Shown: piece after piece, positions 7,910-17,019 of the stretch
How the letters are laid out: every line of letters begins with the position of its first letter
Numbering within the stretch: position 1 is the first letter of the stretch
Program-made: the position numbers and the translations under genes
Source: Candidatus Competibacteraceae bacterium
Lineage (GTDB): Bacteria > Pseudomonadota > Gammaproteobacteria > Competibacterales > Competibacteraceae
Assembly: GCA_020444985.1 (NCBI GenBank)
Contig: JAGRHK010000001.1
Coordinates: forward strand, 1-24,477
Direction of reading: 5' to 3'
Length of the DNA stretch: 24,477 nucleotides
Notes under the pieces: generated by a model
The model's database searches: none
Told to the model about the DNA's origin: nothing
The model's input: the letters and a program-made list of their open reading frames with translations, nothing else

Positions 7910-8562
7910 GCGAACCGCTCTTTCGGTTGTCCGATGTCCATTTCGCCTATGACTCCGGGCGACCGGTGCTGACGGGAGCGGACTTTACGCTACACGCTGG
8001 CGATCGGGTGGCGCTGACGGGATCTAACGGCGCTGGAAAAACGACCTTGTTGCATTTGATGGTGGGATTGTTGAAAGCACAGGCGGGCCGGGTAGAAGCG
8101 TTTGGACGCCCGCGCATTCACGAAAAAGACTTCATGGAGGTGCGGCCCCGGGCTGGTCTATTGTTTCAGGACTCGGACGATCAACTGTTCTGCCCTACGG
8201 TCGCTGAGGATGTCGCGTTCGGACCGCTCAATCTGGGTAAAAGTCGCGCCGAAACCCGGATGATCGTTCGCCACACCCTGGCCCGTCTGGGCCTGGACGG
8301 CTTTGAGAATCGCGTGACCTATAAGTTATCGGGAGGACAACGGCGGCTGGTGGCGCTGGCGACCGTACTCGCCATGAATCCCGAAGTATTGCTGCTCGAT
8401 GAACCGACCAATGCGCTGGATGCAGAGACCCGCGCGCGGCTGATCTCCATCCTCGCTGGGTTGCCCCAGGCGATGATCGTCATTTCCCACGACGAGGGTT
8501 TGCTCGCTCGCGTTGCCCAGCGCTGGACGCGCCTGGAGCGAGGTCGATTGGTGGAGAGTTGA
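7903..8562 (+). CDS. nikO: ECF transporter ATPase NikO (CbiO family)
   Basis: Walker A GSNGAGKTT, Q-loop LFQDSDDQLF, signature LSGGQRR, Walker B LLLDEP, H-loop ISHD. Likely start TTG 7903 with GGAG at 7891-7894, overlapping the nikQ stop. Confidence 0.93.
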   Translation: MVSEPLFRLSDVHFAYDSGRPVLTGADFTLHAGDRVALTGSNGAGKTTLLHLMVGLLKAQAGRVEAFGRPRIHEKDFMEVRPRAGLLFQDSDDQLFCPTVAEDVAFGPLNLGKSRAETRMIVRHTLARLGLDGFENRVTYKLSGGQRRLVALATVLAMNPEVLLLDEPTNALDAETRARLISILAGLPQAMIVISHDEGLLARVAQRWTRLERGRLVES

Positions 8563-8594
8563 GTCTAGATTTAACCGGGTTTCTACGCCGCGAC

Positions 8595-8954
8595 TCAAGT
8601 CAGTTGAAAGGCATCGCGAATCCATTCAATTTGTGGTTCGCCGCCGCACTGGAAAACCGCCGCCACATCGAAGCGACAAGGCGGATCGAGACGGTGGCGT
8701 TGCAGGTAAAGCGCTGCGGTGCGCAGCAATTTTTTCTGTTTCGTCCGAGTCACGGACTCCGCAGGGGTACCGTAGCGGACATAACGACGGCTGCGCACTT
8801 CCACGAAAACCAGGTACTCGCCATCGCGCATGATTAAATCCAATTCGCCAGCGCGACAGCGGAAATTGCGCGTCACCAGAATCAAACCCTGTTCCTGCAG
8901 ATAGCGAAGCGCCAAATCCTCGGCGATCGCGCCCTGCGCAACGCGACTGATCAC
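8595..8954 (-). CDS. yraN: YraN (UPF0102) PD-(D/E)XK-fold putative nuclease
   Basis: GAIAEDLALRYL...ILVTRNFRCRAGELDLIMRDGEYLVFVEVRSR...ESVTRTKQKKL...CRFDVAAV. Confidence 0.93.
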   Translation of the reverse strand: MISRVAQGAIAEDLALRYLQEQGLILVTRNFRCRAGELDLIMRDGEYLVFVEVRSRRYVRYGTPAESVTRTKQKKLLRTAALYLQRHRLDPPCRFDVAAVFQCGGEPQIEWIRDAFQLT

Positions 8955-8990
8955 GGACCGTCACCATCGCCTGGACAAGCGGCAATACCC

Positions 8991-10388
<1,398 letters not shown>

Positions 10389-11600
10389 CTATTGAGAATT
10401 CGTAGACCTTGAGTCCGTCAGCGACACAACTTGCCATTTCCCTTGCTGGCGAACCAGCATCCGGTCGCATCCTAAAACGCGTGGCTCCACTTCTGCTCCA
10501 GGCAACGCACGAATCACTTGCTCGCCCTGACGGCGTAACCGGGCGACCTGTTCCTCCAACTCTGCAGCGCCGGTCGGCGGCGCGTAAATACCCGATTCTG
10601 CGCTTTCCGGCTGGGCTGAACCCAGCAACAGCAGGGTTGCTAAATCGGTGCTGAAACCGGTCGCTGGCCGCGTCCGATCAAAGACCTGGCCAATCTCATC
10701 ATAACGTCCGCCTTGCGCAACGGCCTGCCCTTGACCAGGAACATACGCGGAAAACAACGCGCCAGTGTGATAGTGATAGCCACGTAATTCAGCCAGATCA
10801 ACATGAATAGGCAAATCCGGCCACTGTCGATGCAATGCTTCCACGAGGCGACGCAAGGTCATCAGCGCTTCCTGTACACCTGGTCCGCTCCTTGCCAGTT
10901 GCCTATCCGCTGCGTCCAGCACCTCCGGCCCGCCATTGAGTTCGGCCAGGGTCAAAAACCAGTCTGCACAGCGTGTGGGCAACGCCCAGTCCGCCAGCCG
11001 CGCATGGATTTCTGGTAGCGCCTTGCGCTGTAACGCCTCAAACAAAATGCTTTCGTGTTCTGGCTCCAAACCGCTTTGACGAACCAGTTCGCGAAAGATG
11101 GCGACATGCCCCAGATCCAAATGCACCGCGCCAACACCGGCCACCTGCAACGTTTCCAGCATCAACGCCAAAACTTCCAGATCGCTCTCATGGCCACAAT
11201 GACCGTACAGTTCTACGCCCGCTTGGTAAGGACTGCGGGAACCGCCAAACCCATCGGCGCGAGTCCGCAGTACCGTGCCCATATAGCAAAGTCGTACAGG
11301 GCCGGCGCGTTTCAGTAGATGGGCATCGATCCGCGCTACCTGGGGGGTCATATCGGCGCGCACCCCCATCATCCGGCCGCTTAATTGATCGGTCAGCTTA
11401 AAAGTTTGTAATTCAAGATCATCGCCGGCGCCAGTCAACAGCGAGTCCAAGAACTCGATCAACGGCGGGATGACCTGTTCATAACCCCAGCTTTGATAGA
11501 GATCGAGCAACTTGCGACGCAATTGCTCCAGTCGATGAGTCGCAGGCGGCAGGATTTCTTCAATGCCTTCAGGTAACAACCAGCGGTCTTCAGGGATCAT
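10389..11600 (-). CDS. hisZ: ATP phosphoribosyltransferase regulatory subunit
   Basis: DRWLLPEGIEEILP, FKLTDQLSGRMMGVRADMTPQVARIDAH, RLCYMG, QAGVELYG, DLAELRGYHYHTG, GGRYD, RPATGFS; usual position upstream of purA. Confidence 0.96.
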   Translation of the reverse strand: MIPEDRWLLPEGIEEILPPATHRLEQLRRKLLDLYQSWGYEQVIPPLIEFLDSLLTGAGDDLELQTFKLTDQLSGRMMGVRADMTPQVARIDAHLLKRAGPVRLCYMGTVLRTRADGFGGSRSPYQAGVELYGHCGHESDLEVLALMLETLQVAGVGAVHLDLGHVAIFRELVRQSGLEPEHESILFEALQRKALPEIHARLADWALPTRCADWFLTLAELNGGPEVLDAADRQLARSGPGVQEALMTLRRLVEALHRQWPDLPIHVDLAELRGYHYHTGALFSAYVPGQGQAVAQGGRYDEIGQVFDRTRPATGFSTDLATLLLLGSAQPESAESGIYAPPTGAAELEEQVARLRRQGEQVIRALPGAEVEPRVLGCDRMLVRQQGKWQVVSLTDSRSTNSQ

Positions 11601-11655
11601 GGGAGACGGAAATACAAAAGGTTATCAGGATCAGGATTTCAAGCCCGGCCCCATC

Positions 11656-11841
11656 TCAGCGGAAAAAGTACAGCACGACCAATCCCAATCCCATGCCTCC
11701 CAGACCGGCCAATCGCAGAACGCGATCCTCCATGTGGGAAATCCGGTGCAGGGTTTGCCGGAATGCGCCTGGATTGAGAAAGGGTAAGATGCCTTCCAGC
11801 ACCAACATCAAGCCAAACGCCGCGAGCAGCTCATCCCACAT
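11656..11841 (-). CDS. yjeT: DUF2065 family small membrane protein (YjeT-like)
   Basis: MWDELLAAFGLMLVLEGILPFLNP...LRLAGLGGMGLGLVVLY; usual position between hflC and hisZ/purA. Confidence 0.92.
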   Translation of the reverse strand: MWDELLAAFGLMLVLEGILPFLNPGAFRQTLHRISHMEDRVLRLAGLGGMGLGLVVLYFFR

Positions 11842-11964
11842 GGCGGCGATATCGGATCGCTAATACAGCGCCCCTCTCCTCGAACCTTGCCCTGCCAACC
11901 GACAAGACGACCCCTGCAAGCAGGCAAGGAGAGTGGGTTTTTAACCGTCGCCGAATTGCGCGGG

Positions 11965-12867
11965 TCATTGCGACTGCGATTGCGACGGTGGTTGCGACTG
12001 GTTGAAGTACTGGAAGAACTGGGAATCCGGCTCAAGCACCAGCACATCGTCACTGCTGTTAAAACTCTGACGATAAGCATTCAGGCTGCGATTAAAACGG
12101 TAAAAATCCTGATCCTTGTCATAAGCTTTAGCATAGATGGCCGTTGCCTGAGCGTCGCCTTCACCACGCTGGCGTTCAGCATCTCGGTAGGCTTCGGCCA
12201 AAATGACCGTACTCTGGCGATCCGCATCGGCGCGGATACGCTCCGCCGCCTCGGCGCCTCGGGAGCGAAAATCCTTGGCGACCCGCAACCGTTCAGCTTT
12301 CATGCGGCTGAAGACCGAATTGCTAACATCTGCCGGCAAATCAATGCGTTTGATGCGCACATCCACGGCAGCAATGCCTAGATGCATTGCTTGCTCACGC
12401 AACAGTCGACTCAAGGTTTCCATAATCTGCTCACGATCACCCGACACCACCTCCTGAATCGTGCGTTTGCTGAACTCGCTGCGCAGGCTGTCCTTGACGA
12501 TCTGGTCAAGGCGCACATTGGCTTGGGCAGGATCGCCGGCGACGGTCGTGTAGAACAAACGGACATCTTCGATCCGCCACATGGCGAAGGAATCGACGAT
12601 GACATTCTTCTTCTCCGCAGTCAAAAACCGTTCCGGGTCGGTATCCAGCGTCTGCAATCGGCGATCAAACTTGCGAATGTTATTAATCAACGGCCACTTC
12701 CAATGCAGGCCGGGTGAGTAATTGGCCTCGACGATCTCGCCTAACTGGAAGCGGAGTGCGGTCTGAGTTTCATCCACGGTGAATAACGAGGTCGCCAATA
12801 ACAGACCGGTAGCAGCGAGCGCGCCCAGCATGATATTGCGGGACACCGGCAATTGTGGCAAGGCCAT
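11965..12867 (-). CDS. hflC: FtsH protease modulator HflC (SPFH domain)
   Basis: PGLHWKWP, FDRRLQTLD, FLTAEKKNVIVD, VDVRIKRIDLP, RMKAER, RSRGAEAAERIRADADR, DFYRFNRSLNAY; TAATG overlap with the hflK stop. Confidence 0.97.
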   Translation of the reverse strand: MALPQLPVSRNIMLGALAATGLLLATSLFTVDETQTALRFQLGEIVEANYSPGLHWKWPLINNIRKFDRRLQTLDTDPERFLTAEKKNVIVDSFAMWRIEDVRLFYTTVAGDPAQANVRLDQIVKDSLRSEFSKRTIQEVVSGDREQIMETLSRLLREQAMHLGIAAVDVRIKRIDLPADVSNSVFSRMKAERLRVAKDFRSRGAEAAERIRADADRQSTVILAEAYRDAERQRGEGDAQATAIYAKAYDKDQDFYRFNRSLNAYRQSFNSSDDVLVLEPDSQFFQYFNQSQPPSQSQSQ

Positions 12868-14117
12868 TAGCGTACCTCCCGGCTGCGATTCAGATCGCGT
12901 AAGCGGGTCGTCGCCGCGCTACCATCCATTGATGATGGTGACGATGACGACGGCAAATTTTCCAACAGCGAACCGCCTGTGGAGGAACCGTTGCTCATGT
13001 TCGCGCCTTTATCGGTTTTCAAGAGCCGATCCAGGGGCAGATATAAAAGATTATGGGTTCCCTCGACATCCACCAAGACCTTGCTCACTCGCGATAACAC
13101 CGTTTCCAACGTTTCCAGATAAAGTCGTTCGCGAGTGACTTCCGGAGATTGTTGGTACGCCATTAACAATTGCTCAAAACGGCTGGCTTCACCTTGAGCC
13201 TGAGCAATCACCTGCTCCTTATAGGCAGCCGCTTCCTGTAAGCGCCGCGCCGCCTGGCCACGCGCCTTGGGAATCACTTCATTGGAATAGGCCTCAGCTT
13301 CATTCTTCAGTCGTTGCTCATCCTCGCGCGCCTTAATCGCGTCAGCAAAGGCATCTTGCACCTCTTCCGGCGGCTGCGCATCTTGCAAAACAACGGTGAT
13401 GATTTGCAAGCCGGCGCCATATTGATCCAGAATGGCCTGACTCAAGGATTGCGTATCGGCTACGATATCGCTGCGGCCCTCGGTCAGAACGAAGTCCATC
13501 GTGCTCTTGCCAATGGTCTCACGGGTCGCGCTTTCCACGACCTGCACCAACACCGCCTCGGGATCCAGAACGTTAAACAGATATGCGCGCGGATCCTTGA
13601 TCTGATATTGCACGGCCAAGCGCACATCCACGATATTCTCATCCTGCGTGAGCATTAACGCTTCCTTCGGCACCGAGCGGATAGCCGGTTGTCGCCCGCC
13701 ACCGGCGGCAGAGCGATAACCGATTTCTCGGAAACGACGCTGCTCCACGTTAACAATTTCTACCTGATCAATGGGGAAGATCCGCAGATGTGGCCCCGGC
13801 AAGGTCGTCTCCATATAGCGACCAAAACGCAACACAACCCCACGTTCGCCTTCGTTGACGATATAGATGCTGGCAATCAACCAACCAATCAAGGCAATGA
13901 TCCCGACGATCAGGCCAATGCCGGTCAATCCGGAACCTGATGCGCCGCTATCGCCGCCGCTATCGCCACCGCCGCTGCCGCTACGTCTATTGCCCAGCAA
14001 GTTGTTGAAACGATCCGATAGCTTGCGAACCACTTCATCTAAATCGGGCGGTCCCTGATCGCGACCACCACCGCTCCAGGGATCGCGGTTACCTCCTCCC
14101 GGTTCATTCCAGGCCAT
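12867..14117 (-). CDS. hflK: FtsH protease modulator HflK (SPFH domain)
   Basis: MAWNEPGG...DPW...GPPDLDE, ERGVVLRFG, MLTQDENIV, AQPPEEVQDAFADAIKAREDE, PEVTRERLYLETLE. Start ATG 14117 with GAGG upstream. Confidence 0.97.
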   Translation of the reverse strand: MAWNEPGGGNRDPWSGGGRDQGPPDLDEVVRKLSDRFNNLLGNRRSGSGGGDSGGDSGASGSGLTGIGLIVGIIALIGWLIASIYIVNEGERGVVLRFGRYMETTLPGPHLRIFPIDQVEIVNVEQRRFREIGYRSAAGGGRQPAIRSVPKEALMLTQDENIVDVRLAVQYQIKDPRAYLFNVLDPEAVLVQVVESATRETIGKSTMDFVLTEGRSDIVADTQSLSQAILDQYGAGLQIITVVLQDAQPPEEVQDAFADAIKAREDEQRLKNEAEAYSNEVIPKARGQAARRLQEAAAYKEQVIAQAQGEASRFEQLLMAYQQSPEVTRERLYLETLETVLSRVSKVLVDVEGTHNLLYLPLDRLLKTDKGANMSNGSSTGGSLLENLPSSSSPSSMDGSAATTRLRDLNRSREVR

Positions 14118-15450
14118 GTCGTACCTCAAAGTTCATATCAATACGGTTCATCACCGAAATTTCAAAACCCGAACGCACCCATTCCGCACGCAAGCCTTCC
14201 TGACGACAGAGCCGGTCCATATTGCCGCGCGAGGTGCGCACTTCGATCAGCCATTCGCCTGCGGGGCCAGATTGCTCGGTGACTACAGCGCCCAAGTTGA
14301 ACAGACAGGCTCGCAACCGCGCCGCCATCGGCGGTAGACAGAGCCAGCCATGCACTGTTCCTCCTCGTAATCGCTCGGCAATCGCCGTCGACAACAGTTC
14401 AAGCCCCGCGCCTGTCGTCGCCGACAACCAGACCGCGCGTACGCGCCCCTCATTATCCCGCTCCAGTCGCGGCGGCTCGCTGTTCCGATCAATCTTGTTA
14501 AATACCTGCAAGCGTGGCGTGTCCGCCGCGCCAATTTCTGCTAATACCGATTCAACCTGCAAAATGGCGTCATGTCGATCGGGATGGTTGGCATCAATCA
14601 CATGTAGCAACAGGCTGGCTTCAACGGTCTCACGCAGGGTCGAACGAAACGCCGCCACCAATTCGTGCGGCAGCCGACGGATGAATCCTACCGTATCAGC
14701 GAGCACGACCGGCTCGACCCCAGGCAACTCCAGACGCCGCAAAGTTGGATCCAGGGTGGCGAATAACTGGTCGGCTACGTAGACATTGGCTTGAGTGAGC
14801 GCATTGAACAAGGTGGATTTGCCGGCATTGGTATAACCGACCAGCGAAACCGTCGGCAGGTCCACCTTGCGTCGTGCGCGCCGCCCTTGTTCACGCTGTC
14901 GCTCGACACGCTCTAACCGCAAGCGAATTTGCCGAATACGATCAGCCAACAGACGCCGGTCCGTTTCCAACTGAGTTTCACCGGGTCCGCGCAACCCGAT
15001 ACCGCCACGTTGCCGCTCCAGGTGAGTCCAGCCGCGCACTAACCGGGTGGATAAATGACGCAACTGCGCGAGTTCCACTTGTAACTTGCCCTCAAAACTG
15101 CGCGCCCGCTGAGCAAAAATGTCCAGGATCAGGCCGGTGCGATCCACGACCCGGCATTGCAAAAACGCCTCCAAATTGCGCTCCTGACTTGGCGACAGGG
15201 CATGATCGAAAATCACCAGTTTGGCGTTGCCTTGTTGCGCCGCTTCCCGGATTTCTTCGGCCTTGCCACTCCCGACAAACAGGCGTGAGTCAGGCGCTGA
15301 CCGCCGTCCTGTAATCAACATGGTGCATTCTGCGCCCGCTGAAGCCGCTAATTCCTGGAATTCAACAAAACCCGGGTCATTCTCTTCCGATCGATCCAGC
15401 GTTAGATGGACGAGAACGGCGCGTTCGCCGCCGCTGGGCCGCTCAAACAA
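14104..15450 (-). CDS. hflX: Ribosome-splitting GTPase HflX
   Basis: GSGKAEEI, LSPSQERNLE, VELAQL, RGPGETQLETDRR, G1 GYTNAGKSTL, LFATLDPT, G3 DTVGF, G4 NKID. TTG start with GGGAGG upstream. Confidence 0.97.
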   Translation of the reverse strand: MFERPSGGERAVLVHLTLDRSEENDPGFVEFQELAASAGAECTMLITGRRSAPDSRLFVGSGKAEEIREAAQQGNAKLVIFDHALSPSQERNLEAFLQCRVVDRTGLILDIFAQRARSFEGKLQVELAQLRHLSTRLVRGWTHLERQRGGIGLRGPGETQLETDRRLLADRIRQIRLRLERVERQREQGRRARRKVDLPTVSLVGYTNAGKSTLFNALTQANVYVADQLFATLDPTLRRLELPGVEPVVLADTVGFIRRLPHELVAAFRSTLRETVEASLLLHVIDANHPDRHDAILQVESVLAEIGAADTPRLQVFNKIDRNSEPPRLERDNEGRVRAVWLSATTGAGLELLSTAIAERLRGGTVHGWLCLPPMAARLRACLFNLGAVVTEQSGPAGEWLIEVRTSRGNMDRLCRQEGLRAEWVRSGFEISVMNRIDMNFEVRHGLE

Positions 15451-15479
15451 ATGGCCTCCCGCGCTTCGTTGGACAACCG

Positions 15480-15731
15480 TCAGGATGGATCGACGCCGCC
15501 ATTTTCGTCCGCGGCCAAATTCAGCCGCACATTGCGAACTGGCACGATCGTGGAAATCGCATGTTTATAGATCATCTGACTGACGCTGTTTTTCAGAAGC
15601 ACCACGAACTGATCGAAAGATTCAATCTGTCCCTGCAACTTGATGCCGTTTACCAGATACACCGAAACCGGAATCCGCTCCTTACGCAAGGCGTTCAGAA
15701 AGGGTTCCTGAAGAGAATGACCTTTTGCCAT
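15480..15731 (-). CDS. hfq: RNA chaperone Hfq
   Basis: [64 protein letters not shown]; SD GGGAG. Confidence 0.99.
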   Translation of the reverse strand: MAKGHSLQEPFLNALRKERIPVSVYLVNGIKLQGQIESFDQFVVLLKNSVSQMIYKHAISTIVPVRNVRLNLAADENGGVDPS

Positions 15732-15803
15732 CGCGACGCTCCCTTGTTGTTATGGGTCAAAAACGCAAAATCAAGCTCAAAATCGAAAAGTTTGAAGTTT
15801 CTC

Positions 15804-15848
15804 AAAAAAAAGAAAAACCGTTTAGGCATTTTGCAGAATCCATGCCTA
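15804..15848 (-). terminator. Possible intrinsic terminator/attenuator in the miaA-hfq spacer
   Basis: Minus strand: 7-bp stem TAGGCAT...ATGCCTA (15848-15823, 12-nt loop), then AACGG, then T5-C-T8. The 5-nt gap before the U-tract is non-canonical. Confidence 0.4.
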
Positions 15849-15976
15849 GTCCCCAGGTTTATTCGCCGGATGGTCGGCCCATCACGTTCCCGTGAGGTGC
15901 TTCCCTAGGGAATTTCAAAATTCCTGCGACTATCTTCATTCGCCTGACAAGCGGCGGCGGCTGATCCGAAATACTC

Positions 15977-15982
15977 ATTATA
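15977..15982 (-). promoter_or_regulatory. Candidate -10 element (TATAAT) of an hfq-specific promoter just after the miaA stop
   Basis: Perfect TATAAT on the minus strand directly after the miaA TAA; no recognisable -35 at 17 bp. Confidence 0.4.
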
Positions 15983-16948
15983 TTAACACAACCGGTTTGA
16001 TGTGTTAGGGAAAAAGCCGGATTCATGCAAGTGGGCAACAATTTGGTCAAGGAGATCAGGCGCCATGCTGTTCAACCAGAATACGCCGGTTTCCGAACGT
16101 AACCAGGTCAACTGCCGCTTGGCGAATTGGCGGGTTGCCGCAACGCCGCGTTCGCACAGCGCGGCATAATCCAGAACGCCATCCAGGTATTCCCAAACCT
16201 GCCGGTAGCCGACGGCCCGCATGGCCGGTTTGTGCAAATTGAGATCGCCACGCGCCCGCAAACGCCCCACTTCGGTCAAAAAACCCTGCTCCAGCATCGC
16301 CCTGAATCGGTGTTCAATGCGCTCGTGCAGCACCTGGCGGTCTGCAGGAGCCACCGTTAGCTTGACGATGCGAAATGGCAATAATTCGTTGTGCGAACGG
16401 TGGCAAAGTTCCGTGAGCGACTGGCCGGTCAATATGTAGACTTCAAGCGCCCGCTGAATGCGCTGAACATCATGAGGATGAATACGCTCCGCTGCGACGG
16501 GATCAACTCTCGCTAATCGGGCGTGCAAGACAATGCTGCCCTGCTCGGCCAGTTCGGCCGCCAACCGGGCGCGCACTTCAGGATCAGCCGCTGGTAATTG
16601 CGCCAAGCCCTGTTCCAGCGCCCTGAAATAGAGCATCGTACCCCCCACGAGTAAGGGAATATGCCCAACGGCATGAATGGCGGCAATCTCACGCAGGGCA
16701 TCGCCGCGAAATTGGCCAGCAGAGTAGGCCTCGGCAGGATCGAGGATATCGATCAGGCGGTGCGGCGCGATGCGCTGCGTCGCGGCGTCGGGCTTGGCCG
16801 TGCCGATATCCATGCCCCGATAAACCAGCGCTGAATCAACGCTGATAATCTCAAATGGCCAACGCTGGACCAGTTCCACGGCTAACGCTGTTTTACCCGA
16901 GGCAGTGGGTCCCATCAGGAATAGGACGAAGGGGCGGGAGTCCGTCAT
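15983..16948 (-). CDS. miaA: tRNA dimethylallyltransferase
   Basis: MGPTASGKT, EIISVDSALVYRGMDIGTAKP, PHRLIDI, LVGGTMLYF, DVQRIQRALEV, AMRAVGYRQ, ATRQFAKRQLTWLR. Confidence 0.98.
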   Translation of the reverse strand: MTDSRPFVLFLMGPTASGKTALAVELVQRWPFEIISVDSALVYRGMDIGTAKPDAATQRIAPHRLIDILDPAEAYSAGQFRGDALREIAAIHAVGHIPLLVGGTMLYFRALEQGLAQLPAADPEVRARLAAELAEQGSIVLHARLARVDPVAAERIHPHDVQRIQRALEVYILTGQSLTELCHRSHNELLPFRIVKLTVAPADRQVLHERIEHRFRAMLEQGFLTEVGRLRARGDLNLHKPAMRAVGYRQVWEYLDGVLDYAALCERGVAATRQFAKRQLTWLRSETGVFWLNSMAPDLLDQIVAHLHESGFFPNTSNRLC

Positions 16949-16949
16949 A

Positions 16950-16977
16950 TCAGGCTTCCGGCTCCAGGCTTCCGGCT
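16950..16977 (-). repeat. Four-unit heptamer array (equivalently 2 x 14 bp) directly upstream of the miaA start codon
   Basis: Minus strand AGCCGGA-AGCCTGG-AGCCGGA-AGCCTGA, then T and ATG. Confidence 0.85.
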
Positions 16978-17019
16978 CAGGTTAGAAAACCTGGACATCT
17001 GGCGCATGATGCCTTGGAG

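Noticed and set aside
5032-8562. Cobalt (cbiMQO) assignment of the ECF operon
   Set aside because: No cobalamin riboswitch or cob/cbi biosynthesis genes; a NikR box, adjacent nikR and the HIPDG-type start favour nickel. Some Co transport cannot be excluded.
8559-8837. 92-aa plus-strand ORF whose TTG overlaps the nikO stop, a possible sixth operon gene
   Set aside because: Almost entirely antisense to yraN with no recognisable motif; a shadow ORF.
13940-13985. GCCGCTATC-type repeats in hflK and TTGCGA/CTGCGA repeats at the hflC 3' end (11965-11990)
   Set aside because: They encode ordinary Gly/Ser-rich and SQ low-complexity linkers.
15859-16050. 63-aa ORF-track version of the hfq-upstream ORF
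   Set aside because: Its first 24 codons overlap miaA and its stop region out of frame with no SD; only the 39-codon part from ATG 15978 is considered, and only as a hypothesis.
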